Positions 33,517 to 47,118 are shown, numbered from the stretch's first letter. The stretch is DNA of 64,000 nucleotides from an uncultured Acidobacteriota bacterium (GCA_963750035.1 CAVVPE010000003.1:308600-372599); one strand, 5' to 3'. The notes: generated by a model not told the origin, from the sequence alone. Made by a program: numbers and translations.

Positions 33517-34852
33517 ATGTCGACTTCCACAATGCTCAAGCCGCCCGCCACTGGCGCGGCGATCACGCGCCAGCACGGACGGCTCGTCGTGCCGGACAAT
33601 CCGATCATCCCGTTCATCGAAGGCGATGGCACCGGCCCCGACATCTGGCGCGCCAGCGTGCGCGTGCTCGACGCCGCCGTGGCGAAGGCGTACGGCGGCA
33701 AGCGCAAGATCGCCTGGATGGAAGTCTACGCCGGCGAAAAGAGCTTCAAGCAGTTCAACAACTGGCTGCCGGACGAGACGGTCGAGGCCTTCCGCACGTA
33801 TCTCGTCGGCATCAAGGGCCCGTTGACGACGCCGGTCGGCGGCGGCATCCGGTCGCTCAACGTCGCGCTGCGTCAGATGCTCGACCTGTTCGTCTGCCTG
33901 CGTCCGGTGCGCTGGTATCGAGGCGTGCCCTCGCCGGTCAGGCATCCCGAAAAGGTCGACATGGTGATCTTCCGCGAGAACACCGAAGACATCTACGCGG
34001 GCATCGAGTACGCCGCCGGCACGCCAGAAGCGCAGAAGGTGCTCGACTTCTTCGCCAAGGAGTTCCCGAAGGAGTTCAAGAAGGTCCGCTTCGGCACCGT
34101 CGAGGCGTCGCGCGAGTGGCAGCGGCAGCTCGAGGAGATTGGCGCGCCGAAGCGGGAGGTTCGGTGTCAGGTCGGCGTCGGGCTGAAGCCGGTCAGCTAC
34201 CTCGGCACCGAGCGGCTCGTCCACAGCGCGATCGGGTACGCCGTTGCAAAACAAGCGGAAGAGCGTCACGCTCGTGCACAAGGGCAACATCATGAAGTTC
34301 ACCGAAGGGGCGTTCCGCGACTGGGGCTACCAGATCGCGAAGAACTTCTTCGGGGCCGTGGAAATCGACGGCGGACCGTGGTGCCGGATTCCCGGACGGC
34401 AAGCCGGGCGCCGGGCTCGTCATCAAGGACGCCATCGCCGACATCACGCTGCAGCAGGTGCTGACGCGTCCCGACGAGTTCGACGTGATCGCGACGCTCG
34501 AACCTGAACGGCGACTACCTGTCGGACGCGCTGGCCGCGCAGGTCGGCGGCATCGGCATCGCCCCCGGCGGCAACATCAACTACATCACCGGCCACGCCG
34601 TGTTCGAGGCGACCCACGGCACCGCGCCGAAATACGCCAACCAGGACAAGGTCAACCCGGGCTCGGTGATTCTGTCCGGCGAGATGATGCTGCGGCACAT
34701 GGGGTGGCACGAGGCCGCCGACCTGCGTCGTGAAGGGCATGGACGGCGCGATCGCCGCCAAGAAGGTGACCTACGACTTCGCTCGGCTGATGGACGGCGC
34801 GACCGAGCTGAAGACGTCGGAGTTCGCGGACGCGATGATCGCAAACATGTAA
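33517..34852 (+). CDS. icd: NADP-dependent isocitrate dehydrogenase, apparent frameshifts
   Basis: [99 protein letters not shown]. Confidence 0.9.
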
Positions 34853-34915
34853 GAGGACGCAGAGGATTAGAGGACGCAGAGGCGCAGAGCGCAGAGGCGC
34901 AGAGCGCAGAGGCTG
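34853..34915. repeat. single-arm GCAGAGG/GCAGAGC tandem repeat between icd and mdh
   Basis: gaggacgcagagg attagaggacgcagagg cgcagagcgcagaggcgcagagcgcagaggc. No inverted partner. Related words occur at 7726 and 46769. Confidence 0.85.
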
Positions 34916-34922
34916 ACAGACG

Positions 34923-36258
<1,336 letters not shown>

Positions 36259-36324
36259 CGCCGCCGATTATCGCACGGGCGATTTGTGTTGAAGATCGCT
36301 GGCGCCGGGCGTAGCCTCGCCGCC

Positions 36325-36810
36325 ATGAAGAACACGCTCTACGCCGTCCTCGCGCTCGGCTGGATTCCAACGCTCGCGATCGCCACCGGCATCGCGCAGT
36401 CGAACCCGCCCAAGCTGCTGGCGCCGGGGCGAACGCCGATCAAGGTGACGCGCCTGTACACGGGCGCCGACGGCAAGACCAAGGTGGAGGAGTTCGAGAT
36501 CCCGCTGAAGGCCCAGGGGCGCGGCACGGAGTTGTCGACCGTCGTGCCGGTGACCGGCGTTCAATTCCGCCGGACCAACCAGGATTACAACCTCGATTGG
36601 CATCCCGCGCCGGCGAGGCAATTCGTCGTGACGCTCAGCGGCGAGAGCGAGGTCGAGCTCGAGGGCGGCCGGAAGATCCGCCTGGGACCCGGGCACATCC
36701 TGCTTGCCGAAGACACGACGGGGCAGGGCCACATCTCGCGCGCCGTCGGCGGCGAGGATCGCCTCTCGCTGTTCATCCCGCTCGCTGACGGCGCGACGGT
36801 CCCGCGGTGA
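36325..36810 (+). CDS. hypothetical secreted cupin-like protein
   Basis: MKNTLYAVLALGWIPTLAIATGIAQ signal peptide. Beta-rich body with ..DWHPAP.RQFVVTLSGESEVEL..G..LAEDTTGQGH, a cupin-like pattern by inference. Confidence 0.5.
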   Translation: MKNTLYAVLALGWIPTLAIATGIAQSNPPKLLAPGRTPIKVTRLYTGADGKTKVEEFEIPLKAQGRGTELSTVVPVTGVQFRRTNQDYNLDWHPAPARQFVVTLSGESEVELEGGRKIRLGPGHILLAEDTTGQGHISRAVGGEDRLSLFIPLADGATVPR

Positions 36811-36819
36811 GCCGTGTGC

Positions 36820-36876
36820 GCCGGGCCTGAGAGGCCCGGCCTACAGGAACGCGTAGGGCGGACCTCTTAGGTCCGA
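36820..36876. terminator. two GC stem-loops between the convergent cupin gene and sdhB
   Basis: GCCGGGCC-TGAGA-GGCCCGGC (36820-36840) and CGGACC-TCTTA-GGTCCG (36859-36875). Confidence 0.55.
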
Positions 36877-36914
36877 CGCTAATACTCGTCGTACCCTTCT
36901 GCCTGAAGCCCCCA

Positions 36915-37664
36915 CTACTTTGCGGCCGTGAACATGCCCTTGACGTACTCGCGCGTCATCCGGGCGATGTTCGAGATCGGGATCTCCTTCGGGCAGACCG
37001 CTTCGCACTCGCCCTCGTTCGAGCAGCTGCCGAAGCCGTCCGCATCGGCCTGGTGGATCATGGCGGCGACACGCCGGTAACGCTCCACCTGGCCCTGCGG
37101 CAGCAGCGACAGGTGCGAAATCTTGGCGCTCATGAACAAGTGCGCCGAAGCGTTCTTGCACGCCGCCACGCACGCCCCGCAGCCGATGCAGGCCGCCGAG
37201 TCCATCGCGGTTTCGACGATCTCCTTGGCGATCGGGATCGCGTTGCCGTCGGGCGCGCCGCCGCAGTTGATCGAGATATACCCGCCGGCGGCGATGATGC
37301 GATCGAACGCACTGCGGTCGACCGTGAGGTCCTTGATGACCGGAAACGCCTTGGCGCGCCAGGGTTCGATGGTGATCGTGTCGCCGTCCTTGAAGCGACG
37401 CATGTGCAGCTGACAGACGGTCGTGCCGCGGTCGGGCCCGTGCGGGATGCCGTCGACGACCAGGCTGCACATCCCGCAGATGCCCTCGCGGCAGTCCGAA
37501 TCGAAGGCAATCGCATCCTGTCCCTTGCGGATCAGCCCTTCGTTGACCACGTCGAGCATCTCGAGAAACGACATGTCAGGCGAGACATCGTCGGCGACGT
37601 AGTCTTCGAGTCGACCCGCCGCGGTCGGTCCCGCCTGACGCCAGATTCGGAGTTTGAGTCGCAT
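36915..37664 (-). CDS. sdhB: succinate dehydrogenase/fumarate reductase iron-sulfur subunit
   Basis: Intact 249 aa. [36 protein letters not shown] cluster motifs. Confidence 0.92.
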   Translation of the reverse strand: MRLKLRIWRQAGPTAAGRLEDYVADDVSPDMSFLEMLDVVNEGLIRKGQDAIAFDSDCREGICGMCSLVVDGIPHGPDRGTTVCQLHMRRFKDGDTITIEPWRAKAFPVIKDLTVDRSAFDRIIAAGGYISINCGGAPDGNAIPIAKEIVETAMDSAACIGCGACVAACKNASAHLFMSAKISHLSLLPQGQVERYRRVAAMIHQADADGFGSCSNEGECEAVCPKEIPISNIARMTREYVKGMFTAAK

Positions 37665-37669
37665 ACGTT

Positions 37670-37752
37670 GTAGGCCCGACCTTCAGGTCGGGCGTGCCGA
37701 CGTCCCGCCGATCGTCTCCGAAGCCGTCGCCCGAGCTGAAGCTCGGGCCTAC
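37670..37752. repeat. double stem-loop spacer between sdhA and sdhB, bounded by GTAGGCCCGA / TCGGGCCTAC
   Basis: GCCCGACC-TTCA-GGTCGGGC (37674-37693). GCCCGAGC-TGAA-GCTCGGGC (37729-37748). Confidence 0.7.
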
Positions 37753-39671
37753 TTGTAACTTCTCTGCGTTGGATGAACTTCCTCGAACTTCAAGCGGTTC
37801 CTTGTGCAGCACCGGCTCGCGGCCGACGCCGGTGAACTCCCACGCCGCCACGTAGGTAAAGTTCGCGTCGTCACGGAGCGCTTCGCCCTCGGGCGTCTGG
37901 CTCTCCTCGCGGAAGTGCCCGCCGCATGACTCCCGCCGCTGGAGCGCGTCGAGGGCAAGGAGCTCGGCGAACTCCAGGTAGTCAGCGACCCGTCCGGCGT
38001 ACTCCAGGCTCTGATTGAGGTTGTCAGGAGTCCCGGGACCGAGACGTTGTGCCAGAAGTCCTCGCGCAGCTTCGGGATTTCGGTGAGCGCGTGCCGAAGG
38101 CCCGGTTCATTGCGCGCCATGCCGACGTAGTCCCACATCAGCCGGCCGAGCTCGCGGTGGATCTCGCGGATGCTGCGGTTGCCCCTGACGGCCAGCAACT
38201 GGTTGATGCGCCGCTGCACGCTGTCGGCGGCTTCCTTGAAGGCGTCGTGCTCGGTCGTGACTTTCGGCAGCGTGGCGCCGGCCAGATAGTGTCCGATGGT
38301 GTACGGGATGACGAAATAACCGTCGGCCAGTCCCTGCATCAGCGCGCTCGCGCCGAGCCGGTTCGCGCCGTGATCGGAGAAATTCGCCTCGCCCAGGACG
38401 TGCAGGCCGGCCACGTTGCTCATCAGGTTGTAGTCGACCCAGAGGCCGCCCATCGTGTAGTGGATGGCCGGATAGATGCGCATCGGCACCTTGTAGGCGT
38501 CCTCGTCCGTGATCTTCTTGTACATGTGGAAGAGGTTGCCGTACTTCTCCTGGATCGTCTCGATGCCAAGCCGCTTGATGGCGTCGCCGAAGTCGAGATA
38601 GACGGCCAGCCCGCTGTCGCCCACGCCGCGGCCTTCGTCGCACGCCTGCTTGGCGTTGCGAGAGGCGACGTCGCGCGGCACCAGGTTGCCGAAGCTGGGG
38701 TACTTCCGTTCGAGGTAGTAGTCGCGCTCGTCCTCTGGAATCTGTTCCGGCGGCCGGCGGTCGCCCTTCTGCTTCGGCACCCACACGCGTCCATCGTTGC
38801 GCAGGCTCTCGCTCATCAGCGTGAGCTTCGACTGGTGATCACCCGTCACCGGAATGCAGGTCGGGTGAATCTGCGTGAAGCAGGGGTTCGCAAACAGCGC
38901 GCCGCGCTTGTGTGCGCGCCACGAGGCGGTCACGTTCGAGTTGACCGCATTCGTTGAGAGGTAATACGCGGTGCCGTAGCCGCCGGTGGCGAGGATCACG
39001 GCGTCGCCCGCGTGGCGCTCGAGCTCGCCGGTCACCAGGTTCCGGGTGATGATGCCGCGCGCCCGGCCGTCGACGACGACGAGATCGAGCATCTCCCGCC
39101 GCGGGAACATGCGCACCTTGCCGCCGTGCACCTGGCGCATCAGCGACTGGTAGGCGCCCAGCAGCAGCTGCTGCCCGGTCTGGCCGCGCGCGTAGAACGT
39201 GCGCGACACCTGGGCGCCGCCGAACGACCGGTTGTCGAGCAGGCCGCCGTACTCGCGCGCGAACGGGACGCCCTGGGCGACGCACTGGTCGATGATGTCG
39301 ACGCTCAGCTGCGCCAGCCGGTAGACATTGGCCTCGCGTGAGCGGTAGTCACCGCCCTTCACCGTGTCGTAGAACAGCCGGTAGATGCTGTCGCCGTCGT
39401 TCTGGTAGTTCTTGGCGGCGTTGATGCCGCCCTGGGCGGCAATGCTGTGCGCGCGGCGGGGGCTGTCCTGGATGCAGAAGTTGAGGACGTTGTAGCCCAG
39501 CTCGCCGAGCGACGCGGCGGCCGACGCGCCGGCGAGCCCGGTGCCGACGCAAATGATCGTGTATTTGCGCTTGTTGGCCGGGTTCACCAGCTTCATTTCG
39601 AACTTGTGGCGGTCCCACTTTCCGGCAATCGGCCCGGAGGGGACCCTGGCGTCGAGGGTGATGCCGCTCAC
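37749..39671 (-). CDS. sdhA: succinate dehydrogenase/fumarate reductase flavoprotein subunit, apparent frameshifts near 38040 and 37800
   Basis: GTG start overlapping the sdhC stop (GTGA). [51 protein letters not shown]. Confidence 0.9.
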   Translation of the reverse strand: MSGITLDARVPSGPIAGKWDRHKFEMKLVNPANKRKYTIICVGTGLAGASAAASLGELGYNVLNFCIQDSPRRAHSIAAQGGINAAKNYQNDGDSIYRLFYDTVKGGDYRSREANVYRLAQLSVDIIDQCVAQGVPFAREYGGLLDNRSFGGAQVSRTFYARGQTGQQLLLGAYQSLMRQVHGGKVRMFPRREMLDLVVVDGRARGIITRNLVTGELERHAGDAVILATGGYGTAYYLSTNAVNSNVTASWRAHKRGALFANPCFTQIHPTCIPVTGDHQSKLTLMSESLRNDGRVWVPKQKGDRRPPEQIPEDERDYYLERKYPSFGNLVPRDVASRNAKQACDEGRGVGDSGLAVYLDFGDAIKRLGIETIQEKYGNLFHMYKKITDEDAYKVPMRIYPAIHYTMGGLWVDYNLMSNVAGLHVLGEANFSDHGANRLGASALMQGLADGYFVIPYTIGHYLAGATLPKVTTEHDAFKEAADSVQRRINQLLAVRGNRSIREIHRELGRLMWDYVGMARNEPGLRHALTEIPKLREDFWHNVSVPGLLTTSIRAWSTPDGSLTTWSSPSSLPSTRSSGGSHAAGTSARRARRPRAKRSVTTRTLPTWRRGSSPASAASRCCTRNRLKFEEVHPTQRSYK

Positions 39672-40339
39672 TGGTGCGCTCCGACGAAGTGCGCGACGAG
39701 CGCGATCCCGATGAACCCGACGGCAATGACCACCGCGAACACCTTCCCGAACGCCACCAGCCGCGGCGTCCACCGCGGGTGATCGAAACCGAGCGACTGG
39801 AAGCCGCTCGACACGCCGTGCCACAGATGCGACCCGACGATCAGCATGCTGATCGCGTAGAAGGCGAGCGCCAGCGGGCTGGCCAGCGCCTCCGTCTCCA
39901 CGCGATACAGGTCGATGATGCCGGCCGGCGTTTCCGGATGCTCGCTGAACCTGAACGTCCGCACGTGGACGACGAGAAAAATCAGCAGCCACAAGCCGGT
40001 GACGATCATGGTGGTCGAGGCCAGCGTCTTCCGGCTCGGCGGGCCGGCCCGTCGCTGCTTCGCGTAGCCGACCGGTCTGGCGTCCTGGTTCTTCAAGAAC
40101 ATGCGCACGGTCTTGTAGATGTGCACCAGGAACGCTGCGAGCAGGACGATCTCGATGACCGGAATGAGCGGGTTGCCTCCCAACAGGTCAGCGTACGCGT
40201 TGAACGCGCGCGGACCGAGGAGGAACACCGCGTTCCCGACGATGTGGATGATCAAATACAGGACGAGGAAGAGGCCGGTGACGCCGATGAGGAGCTTCGT
40301 GCCGACGGACGAATCGAAGACGCGCGATCGCGATGACAT
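39668..40339 (-). CDS. sdhC: succinate dehydrogenase cytochrome b subunit (b558-type, five TM helices)
   Basis: Intact 223 aa, polytopic, with conserved His residues in the TM helices. sdhC-A-B gene order. Confidence 0.8.
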   Translation of the reverse strand: MSSRSRVFDSSVGTKLLIGVTGLFLVLYLIIHIVGNAVFLLGPRAFNAYADLLGGNPLIPVIEIVLLAAFLVHIYKTVRMFLKNQDARPVGYAKQRRAGPPSRKTLASTTMIVTGLWLLIFLVVHVRTFRFSEHPETPAGIIDLYRVETEALASPLALAFYAISMLIVGSHLWHGVSSGFQSLGFDHPRWTPRLVAFGKVFAVVIAVGFIGIALVAHFVGAHQ

Positions 40340-40410
40340 CGATCGAAGAGTTTACTGTTGCGTCGCAAAACGGCGCAAGTTAGCATCAGGAGTTTGTTCG
40401 GCCTCCTCTG

Positions 40411-41571
<1,161 letters not shown>

Positions 41572-41581
41572 AACCAAGCAC

Positions 41582-41636
41582 GGAAACACGAAACACGAAA
41601 CCAGACAAGCAATTCTTTTCGTGGTTTCGTGCTTCC
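41582..41636. repeat. tandem-word hairpin (AACACGA words) between sucC and sucD
   Basis: ggaaacacgaaacacgaaacca ... tggtttcgtgcttcc. The perfect 10-bp core pairs 41594-41603 with 41622-41631. Confidence 0.85.
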
Positions 41637-41652
41637 GGCATGCTTTGACGAT

Positions 41653-42524
41653 ATGGCCGTCCTAATCGATAAGTCGACACGATTGCTGGTCCAGGGCCTG
41701 ACTGGACGGGAAGGCACGTTCCACGCGCGGCAGGCGGCGATCTACGGCACGACGGTCGTCGGCGGTGTCACGCCGGGCAAGGGCGGCACCACCCACGAAG
41801 GCTGGCCGATCTTCGACACGGTCCACGACGCGATCGAGAAGACCGGCGCCAACGCCTCGGTGATTTTCGTGCCGCCTCCCTTCGCGGCCGACGCGATCAT
41901 GGAGGCCGCCGATGCGGGACTGGCGCTCGTCGTGTGCATCACCGAGGGGATTCCCGGTACTCGACATGATGCGGGCGATGACCTTCCTCAAGGAGCATCC
42001 GCAGACGCGTCTCGTCGGACCGAACTGCCCCGGCATCATCACGGCCGGCCAGGCCAAGGCGGGCATCATCCCGGGACATATCTGCAAGGAAGGGCGGATC
42101 GGGATCGTGTCGAAGAGCGGCACGCTCACCTACGAGGCGATCCACCAGCTGACGCGCCTCGGCCTCGGCCAGACGACCTGCATCGGCATCGGCGGCGACC
42201 CGCTGATTGGCACGACCCACATCGACGCGCTCGCCCTGTTCGCGCAGGACCCCGACACCGACGCGGTGATCATGATTGGCGAAATCGGCGGCAGCGCCGA
42301 GGAAGAGGCCGCCGCCTGGATTCAGGGGCACTTCAAGAAGCCGGTCGTGGCCTTCATCGCCGGCCAGACCGCACCGCCAGGACGCCGCATGGGCCATGCC
42401 GGCGCGATCATCGCCGGCGGGAAGGGGACAGCCGCCGAGAAGATGCGTGCGCTGGACGGCCGCCGGCGTGAAGGTGGTCAGGAGTCCCGCCGATATGGGT
42501 GGTGCGGTCAGAGAACTGCTATAA
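41653..42524 (+). CDS. sucD: succinyl-CoA synthetase alpha subunit, apparent frameshifts (extra C in the run at 41953-41955, second near 42450)
   Basis: [62 protein letters not shown]. Confidence 0.92.
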
Positions 42525-42525
42525 T
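42517..42525 (+). promoter_or_regulatory. extended -10 like TGCTATAAT overlapping the sucD stop, 48 nt upstream of korA
   Basis: Same 9-mer as at 46334 and 58510. Confidence 0.3.
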
Positions 42526-42573
42526 TCCGGGGATCCACTCCTCCTTTCTCAATAGCCTGTAAGGACTTAACGA

Positions 42574-44464
42574 ATGTCACCGAGTGATCTAGCGGTTCAG
42601 GAGCAGAGGGCTGCGTCGGGCCAGCAGCGGGTCGTCAACGATTTCAGCATCCAGGTCGCCACCGTCAATGGCTCGGGCAGCCAGACGGCCAACCTCGTGC
42701 TCCTCCGTTCGATTCTCCTGATGGGCGTTCCCGTGTCCGGCAAGAACATGTTCCCTTCCAACATCGCCGGGCTGCCCACCTGGTACACGATTCGGGCCAG
42801 CAAGCGCGGCTACATCGCCCGGAAGAAGGAAGTCGACTTCCTCGTCGCGATGAACGCCGAGACGGCGAAGGAAGACGTGCTGACGCTGGATGCGGGCGCC
42901 GCCGTCGTCTACGACGAGCCGCTGAAGCTCAACACGCTCCGCAGCGACCTGGTGTTCTACCCGGTCCCGTTCGACAAGCTGGTCGCCCCGGTCTGTCCCG
43001 ACGCGAAGCTGCGGCGGCTCGTCCGCAACATGATCTACGACGGCATCCTCGCCAAGATCCTCGGCATCGACCTGAAGCTGATGGAACAGGCGCTCGGCAA
43101 GCAGCTGGGGCGCAAGGCCAAGGCTGTCACGCTCAACCAGGGCGCGCTCAAGGCCGGCTATGACTATGCGGAGGCGACCTTCACGAAGCAGGACCCATTC
43201 GTCATCGAGCCGATGAACGAAACGGCCGGCAAGATTCTCATCGAGGGAAATGCCGCGGCGGCGATCGGCTGCATGATGGCGGGCGTCACCGTCGTCGCCT
43301 GGTATCCGATCACGCCCTCGTCGTCGCTCTGCGAGTCGCTCATCGGCTACATGAAGCGATACCGGATGGACAAGGCGACCGGGAAGGCCACGTTCGCGAT
43401 CGTGCAGGCCGAGGACGAGATCGCGTCGCTCGGCATGGTGATCGGCGCGGGCTGGGCGGGCGCGCGCGCGATGACCGCGACGGCCGGGCCCGGGCATCTC
43501 GCTGATGTCCGAGTTCACCGGTCTCGCGTACTACGCGGAAACTCCCGCGGTCATCTTCGACGTCCAGCGGGTCGGCCCGTCGACCGGCCTCCCGACGCGG
43601 ACCGCGCAGGGCGACCTGCTGTTCACGGCCTTCCTGTCGCACGGCGACACGAAGCACGTCATGATCATTCCCTCGTCGGTCGAGGAATGCTACGAGATGG
43701 CGCAGCAGGCGTTCGAACTCACCGAGCTGCTCCAGACGCCGGTGTTCGTGATGATGGATCTCGACCTGGGGATGAACAACTGGATGTCCGACGGGTTCAA
43801 GTATCCCGAGAAGCCGATTAACCGCGGCAAGCTGCTCACCAAGGAGGTGCTGGCGCGGCTCGGCGAGTGGGGACGCTACAAGGACGTCGACGGCGACGGC
43901 ATTCCGTACCGCACGGTGCCGGGCGACGGCATGCCCGCCTACTTCACCAGGGGCTCGGGTCACAACGCGAAGGGACAGTACAGCGAGCGGCCCGACGACT
44001 ACGTCGAGAACATGGATCGCCTGTCGCGCAAGTTCGAAACCGCGCGCGCCTACGTGCCCAAGCCGGTCATCGACCAGACGGCCGGCGCGAAGATCGGGCT
44101 GATTGGCTATGGCACCTCGCACTGGGCGATCACGGAGAGCCGCGATCAGCTGCGCGAGGAGACCGACGTCAAGACGTCATACTTCCGGCTCCGCGCGTAT
44201 CCGTTCACCGAAGAGCTCGCCGCCTTCATCGACGCGCACGAGCGCGTCTACGTGGTCGAACAGAACCGCGACGCGCAGCTCCTGCAATTGATGCGCCTCG
44301 AGCTCAACCCCGAGCGTCTCACGAAGCTGCGCAGCGTCCTCCACTACAACGGCCTCCCGATCGACGCGCGGAGCATCACGGACGACGTGCTGGCGCAGGA
44401 AGGCTTCGAGGTGGCGAAGAAGACGGTGGCGAAGGTGAGTGCCGGATCAGCGGGCGGCGAATAA
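42574..44464 (+). CDS. korA: 2-oxoacid:ferredoxin oxidoreductase alpha subunit (gamma-alpha fusion type), one apparent frameshift near 43495
   Basis: FSIQVATVNGSGSQTANLVL (gamma-like), GNAAAAIGCMMAGVTVVAWYPITPSS, AEDEIASLGMVIGAGWAGARAMTATAGPG, VFDVQRVGPSTGLPT. Confidence 0.85.
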
Positions 44465-44468
44465 CGGC

Positions 44469-44505
44469 ACAATTTCAAATTGTAAATTTACAATCTGTAA
44501 ATTGA
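44469..44505. repeat. AT-rich palindromic word repeat between korA and korB (AAATTTA/CAATTGT family)
   Basis: acaatttcaaattgtaaatttacaatctgtaaattga. Palindromes are ACAATTTcAAATTGT and TTGTAAATTTACAA. Same family as 5117-5149. Confidence 0.85.
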
Positions 44506-44519
44506 TCTAACGACATCAA

Positions 44520-45548
44520 ATGGCCACACCAATCAAAGTCAATCGCATCGGGCTGGAACCACAGGTCTACAAGGGCGGCAAGACGACGCTGTGCGCGGGC
44601 TGCGGGCACAACGCCATCTCGGAGCGCATCATCGATGCGTTCTACGAGATGGGCGTCAATCCCAGCCAGGTCGTCAAGCTGTCGGGTATCGGCTGCTCGA
44701 GCAAGAGCCCGGCGTACTTCCTGGGCGGATCGCACGGCTTCAACGCCGTCCACGGCCGCATGCCCTCGGTCGGCACCGGGGCGATGCTGGCCAACGGCAA
44801 GCTGATTGCGATCGGCGTGAGCGGCGACGGCGACACGGGCGCGATCGGCATCGGCCAGTTCGTCCACCTGATGCGCCGCAACCTGCCGATCATTTACATC
44901 ATCGAGGACAACGGCTGCTACGGCCTGACGAAAGGGCAGTTCTCGCCGACGGCCGACCTCGGATCGAAGCTGAAGAGCGGCGTCGTCAACGAGCTGCCGC
45001 CGATCGACACCTGCGCCCTGGCGGTCGAGCTGGGCGCGACGTTCGTGGCGCGGTCGTTCTCGGGCGACAAGAAACAGCTGCTGGCGCTGCTCAAGGCGGC
45101 GCTCGCGCACCGCGGCACCGTGATGCTCGACGTCATCTCGCCGTGCGTCACGTTCAACGACCACGAAGGATCGACCAAGAGCTACGCGTACGCGAAGGAC
45201 CACGACGACCCGCTCGAGGAGGTCAGCTTCGTACCGTTCTTCGAGGAGATCTCGGTGGATTACGAGCCTGGCTCGACGCAGGAAGTGACGATGCACGACG
45301 GCTCGAAGCTGTATCTGAAGAAGCTGGAGGAAGGCTACGATCCGACCGACAAGATCTCGGCGCTGAAGCGCCTGCACGAGACCGCGCGCCGCGGCGAGTT
45401 CGCCACGGGCCTGATCTACATCGAGCCCGATCGCGACGACTTCCTCACGCAGCTGAACATTGTCGACGAACCGCTGGCCAGCCTGCCGCTCGAGCGAACG
45501 CGGCCAGGGCGAGAGGCGCTCGAGGAGATCATGGAGAGCCTGCGATAA
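44520..45548 (+). CDS. korB: 2-oxoacid:ferredoxin oxidoreductase beta subunit (TPP-binding)
   Basis: Intact 342 aa. CAGCGHNAI, SGIGCSSK, GVSGDGDTGAIG, DNGCYGLTKGQ. Confidence 0.9.
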   Translation: MATPIKVNRIGLEPQVYKGGKTTLCAGCGHNAISERIIDAFYEMGVNPSQVVKLSGIGCSSKSPAYFLGGSHGFNAVHGRMPSVGTGAMLANGKLIAIGVSGDGDTGAIGIGQFVHLMRRNLPIIYIIEDNGCYGLTKGQFSPTADLGSKLKSGVVNELPPIDTCALAVELGATFVARSFSGDKKQLLALLKAALAHRGTVMLDVISPCVTFNDHEGSTKSYAYAKDHDDPLEEVSFVPFFEEISVDYEPGSTQEVTMHDGSKLYLKKLEEGYDPTDKISALKRLHETARRGEFATGLIYIEPDRDDFLTQLNIVDEPLASLPLERTRPGREALEEIMESLR

Positions 45549-45583
45549 CTTGCAGATTGCATATTGCAGATTGCGGATTTACG
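45549..45583. repeat. left arm of a split inverted repeat (TTGCAGA/TTGCATA heptamer words)
   Basis: cttgcagattgcatattgcagattgcggattt. The reverse-complement partner is at 46007-46040. Confidence 0.75.
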
Positions 45584-45631
45584 AAGCGTTTCTCTCGAGT
45601 TCGACACCGACCCTGGCGATTCTGGGCGTCT

Positions 45632-45962
45632 TCACGAGGCGGTCAGAATCGCCAGCAGTTCTCTTGACTCGCCGAGCAGGTAGTCCAGCTCGCTCCCGCA
45701 TAGCCGCCGCGACGGATAAACACCAACCAGAAGACGGTTTCGTCGGATTCCTCGTGCGCAGTTGCAAGCTTTGCCGTGAAGTCTCGGTGTGATTGCCCCC
45801 GGCAGGCGCGGCGGTAATTCGAAGCCATGCCCGTCTACTTCGAAACAGTTGGTCTGCGACGTGTTGGGATTGGCGATCGGCTGCAAGGCCGCGCAGAACT
45901 TCGCACGTGCGGAGGGCGAAGGTGAGGGTGCGTTCCTGCAGGTCCTCAGCCCGCGGATTCAT
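45632..45962 (-). CDS. four-helix-bundle protein (23S rRNA intervening-sequence protein family), frameshifted
   Basis: Pieces in three frames: AEDLQERTLTFALRTCEVLRGL..VADQLFRS / ..NYRRACRGQSHRDFTAKLATAHEESDETVFWLVF / ..ELDYLLGESRELLAILTAS*. They match the family pattern DQLLRSxTSIGANyrEA..arS..dF..Kl.i...E..ET.yWL. Confidence 0.7.
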
Positions 45963-46006
45963 GGCGTGAGTTCGAGCATGACTCACGCCAGTGCAAATTC
46001 CTCAGT

Positions 46007-46040
46007 AAATCAGCAATTTGCAATCTGCAGTTTCCAATTC
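46007..46040. repeat. right arm of the split inverted repeat flanking the four-helix-bundle gene
   Basis: aaatcagcaatttgcaatctgcagtttccaattc. Its reverse complement ..ctgcagattgcaaattgctgattt aligns with 45550-45581. Confidence 0.7.
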
Positions 46041-46077
46041 TCAGCCCCGCATCTCGCGCGGACGCGGCAGATTCTGC

Positions 46078-46272
46078 CTACCCCCCTTCGCTTTCATCCT
46101 CATTTGCACCGATCTGGTCCTCTGCGGTCGCGATCGGATCGTCCGGCAGCCCATCCTCGTTGACGCCCGGACCGTGGGGGTTGCCCATCTGCTTGTCGGT
46201 GGGACGGTCGCCCTCGATGGCGCCCTTCTGTGCGTCCTGATCGTCCTGCTGCTTCGTCGCCATCGTCGTCAC
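46078..46272 (-). CDS. hypothetical small acidic protein
   Basis: Intact 64-aa ORF, MTTMATKQQDDQDAQKGAIEGDRPTDKQMGNPHGPGVNEDGLPDDPIATAEDQIGANEDESEGG. No family assignment. Confidence 0.35.
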   Translation of the reverse strand: MTTMATKQQDDQDAQKGAIEGDRPTDKQMGNPHGPGVNEDGLPDDPIATAEDQIGANEDESEGG

Positions 46273-46333
46273 GTTGCGCCTCCAGTGAAGGTGCTTGGCG
46301 TCGTTCCCGCCGCGCAGTGGTTGAGTTAGCCGC

Positions 46334-46342
46334 TGCTATAAT
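46334..46342 (+). promoter_or_regulatory. TGCTATAAT extended -10 element 6 nt upstream of the ndk ATG (leaderless-type arrangement)
   Basis: gcTGcTATAATcgctcgATG. There is no room for a Shine-Dalgarno sequence. Confidence 0.4.
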
Positions 46343-46348
46343 CGCTCG

Positions 46349-46767
46349 ATGACCGAGCGGACCCTCGCGATTATCAAACCCGATGCCGTCCAGCGACGGC
46401 TGGCGGGGCGGATCATTCAACGCATCGAAGAAGAAGGATTCCAGATCCGTGCCATGCGGCGCGTGCACCTCTCCAAGCCGGAAGCCGAGGGTTTCTACGC
46501 GGTCCATCGGCAGCGCCCGTTTTTCGGCAGCCTGACCGGGTTCATGTCGTCGGGGCCCGCGGTCGTGATGGTGCTGGAGGCTCCCGACGCGATCAAGAAG
46601 TGGCGGACCCTGATGGGGGCCACGGATCCTGCGAAGGCGGATGCCGGCACGCTGCGGAAGGAATTTGCCGAATCGATCGAACGCAACGCGACGCACGGCT
46701 CCGATGCTGCCAGAGACGGCGGCGTACGAGATTGGCTATTTCTTCGCCGGGCGTCGAACTGATCTGA
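46349..46767 (+). CDS. ndk: nucleoside diphosphate kinase, apparent frameshifts near the 3' end
   Basis: [44 protein letters not shown] (active-site His), then [14 protein letters not shown] in a second frame. Confidence 0.9.
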
Positions 46768-46768
46768 C

Positions 46769-46811
46769 GAGGACGCAGAGGGGAGCAGAGCGCCGCAAAG
46801 CCGCAGAGGAG
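46769..46811. repeat. single-arm GCAGAGG-family word repeat between ndk and the DUF2905 gene
   Basis: gaggacgcagaggggagcagagcgccgcaaagccgcagaggag. Related to 34853-34915. Confidence 0.7.
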
Positions 46812-46816
46812 CCACT

Positions 46817-47011
46817 TTGGGTAAGCTGCTGCTGATCGTCGGCCTCGTCATCAGCGGGATCGGCCTGCTCGTCATGCTCGGCGTGCCATTCGGCCGGCTC
46901 CCCGGAGACTTCGCGGTCAAGCGCGGCAACTTCGCCTTCTACTTTCCGCTCACCACGTCGATCATTTTGAGTATTCTGCTGACGCTGATCTTCGCGCTTT
47001 TCAGACGCTAA
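46817..47011 (+). CDS. DUF2905-family small membrane protein
   Basis: Intact 64 aa. [34 protein letters not shown] is the family signature as I recall it. Confidence 0.7.
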   Translation: MGKLLLIVGLVISGIGLLVMLGVPFGRLPGDFAVKRGNFAFYFPLTTSIILSILLTLIFALFRR

Positions 47012-47024
47012 GACGCCTGACGCA

Positions 47025-47118
47025 GGTCGTTCGACGTTCGCGCGTTCGGCGTTCGAACGGCGGCCGTGCAGCCGACGAACGCCGAACGATCGGCGAAGAT
47101 CCACGAACGACGAACGAC
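47025..47118. repeat. tandem-word hairpin (CGNCGTT words) between the DUF2905 gene and dcd
   Basis: Left arm ggtcgttcgacgttcgcgcgttcggcgttcg. Right arm cgacgaacgccgaacg...ccacgaacgacgaacgac. Confidence 0.85.
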
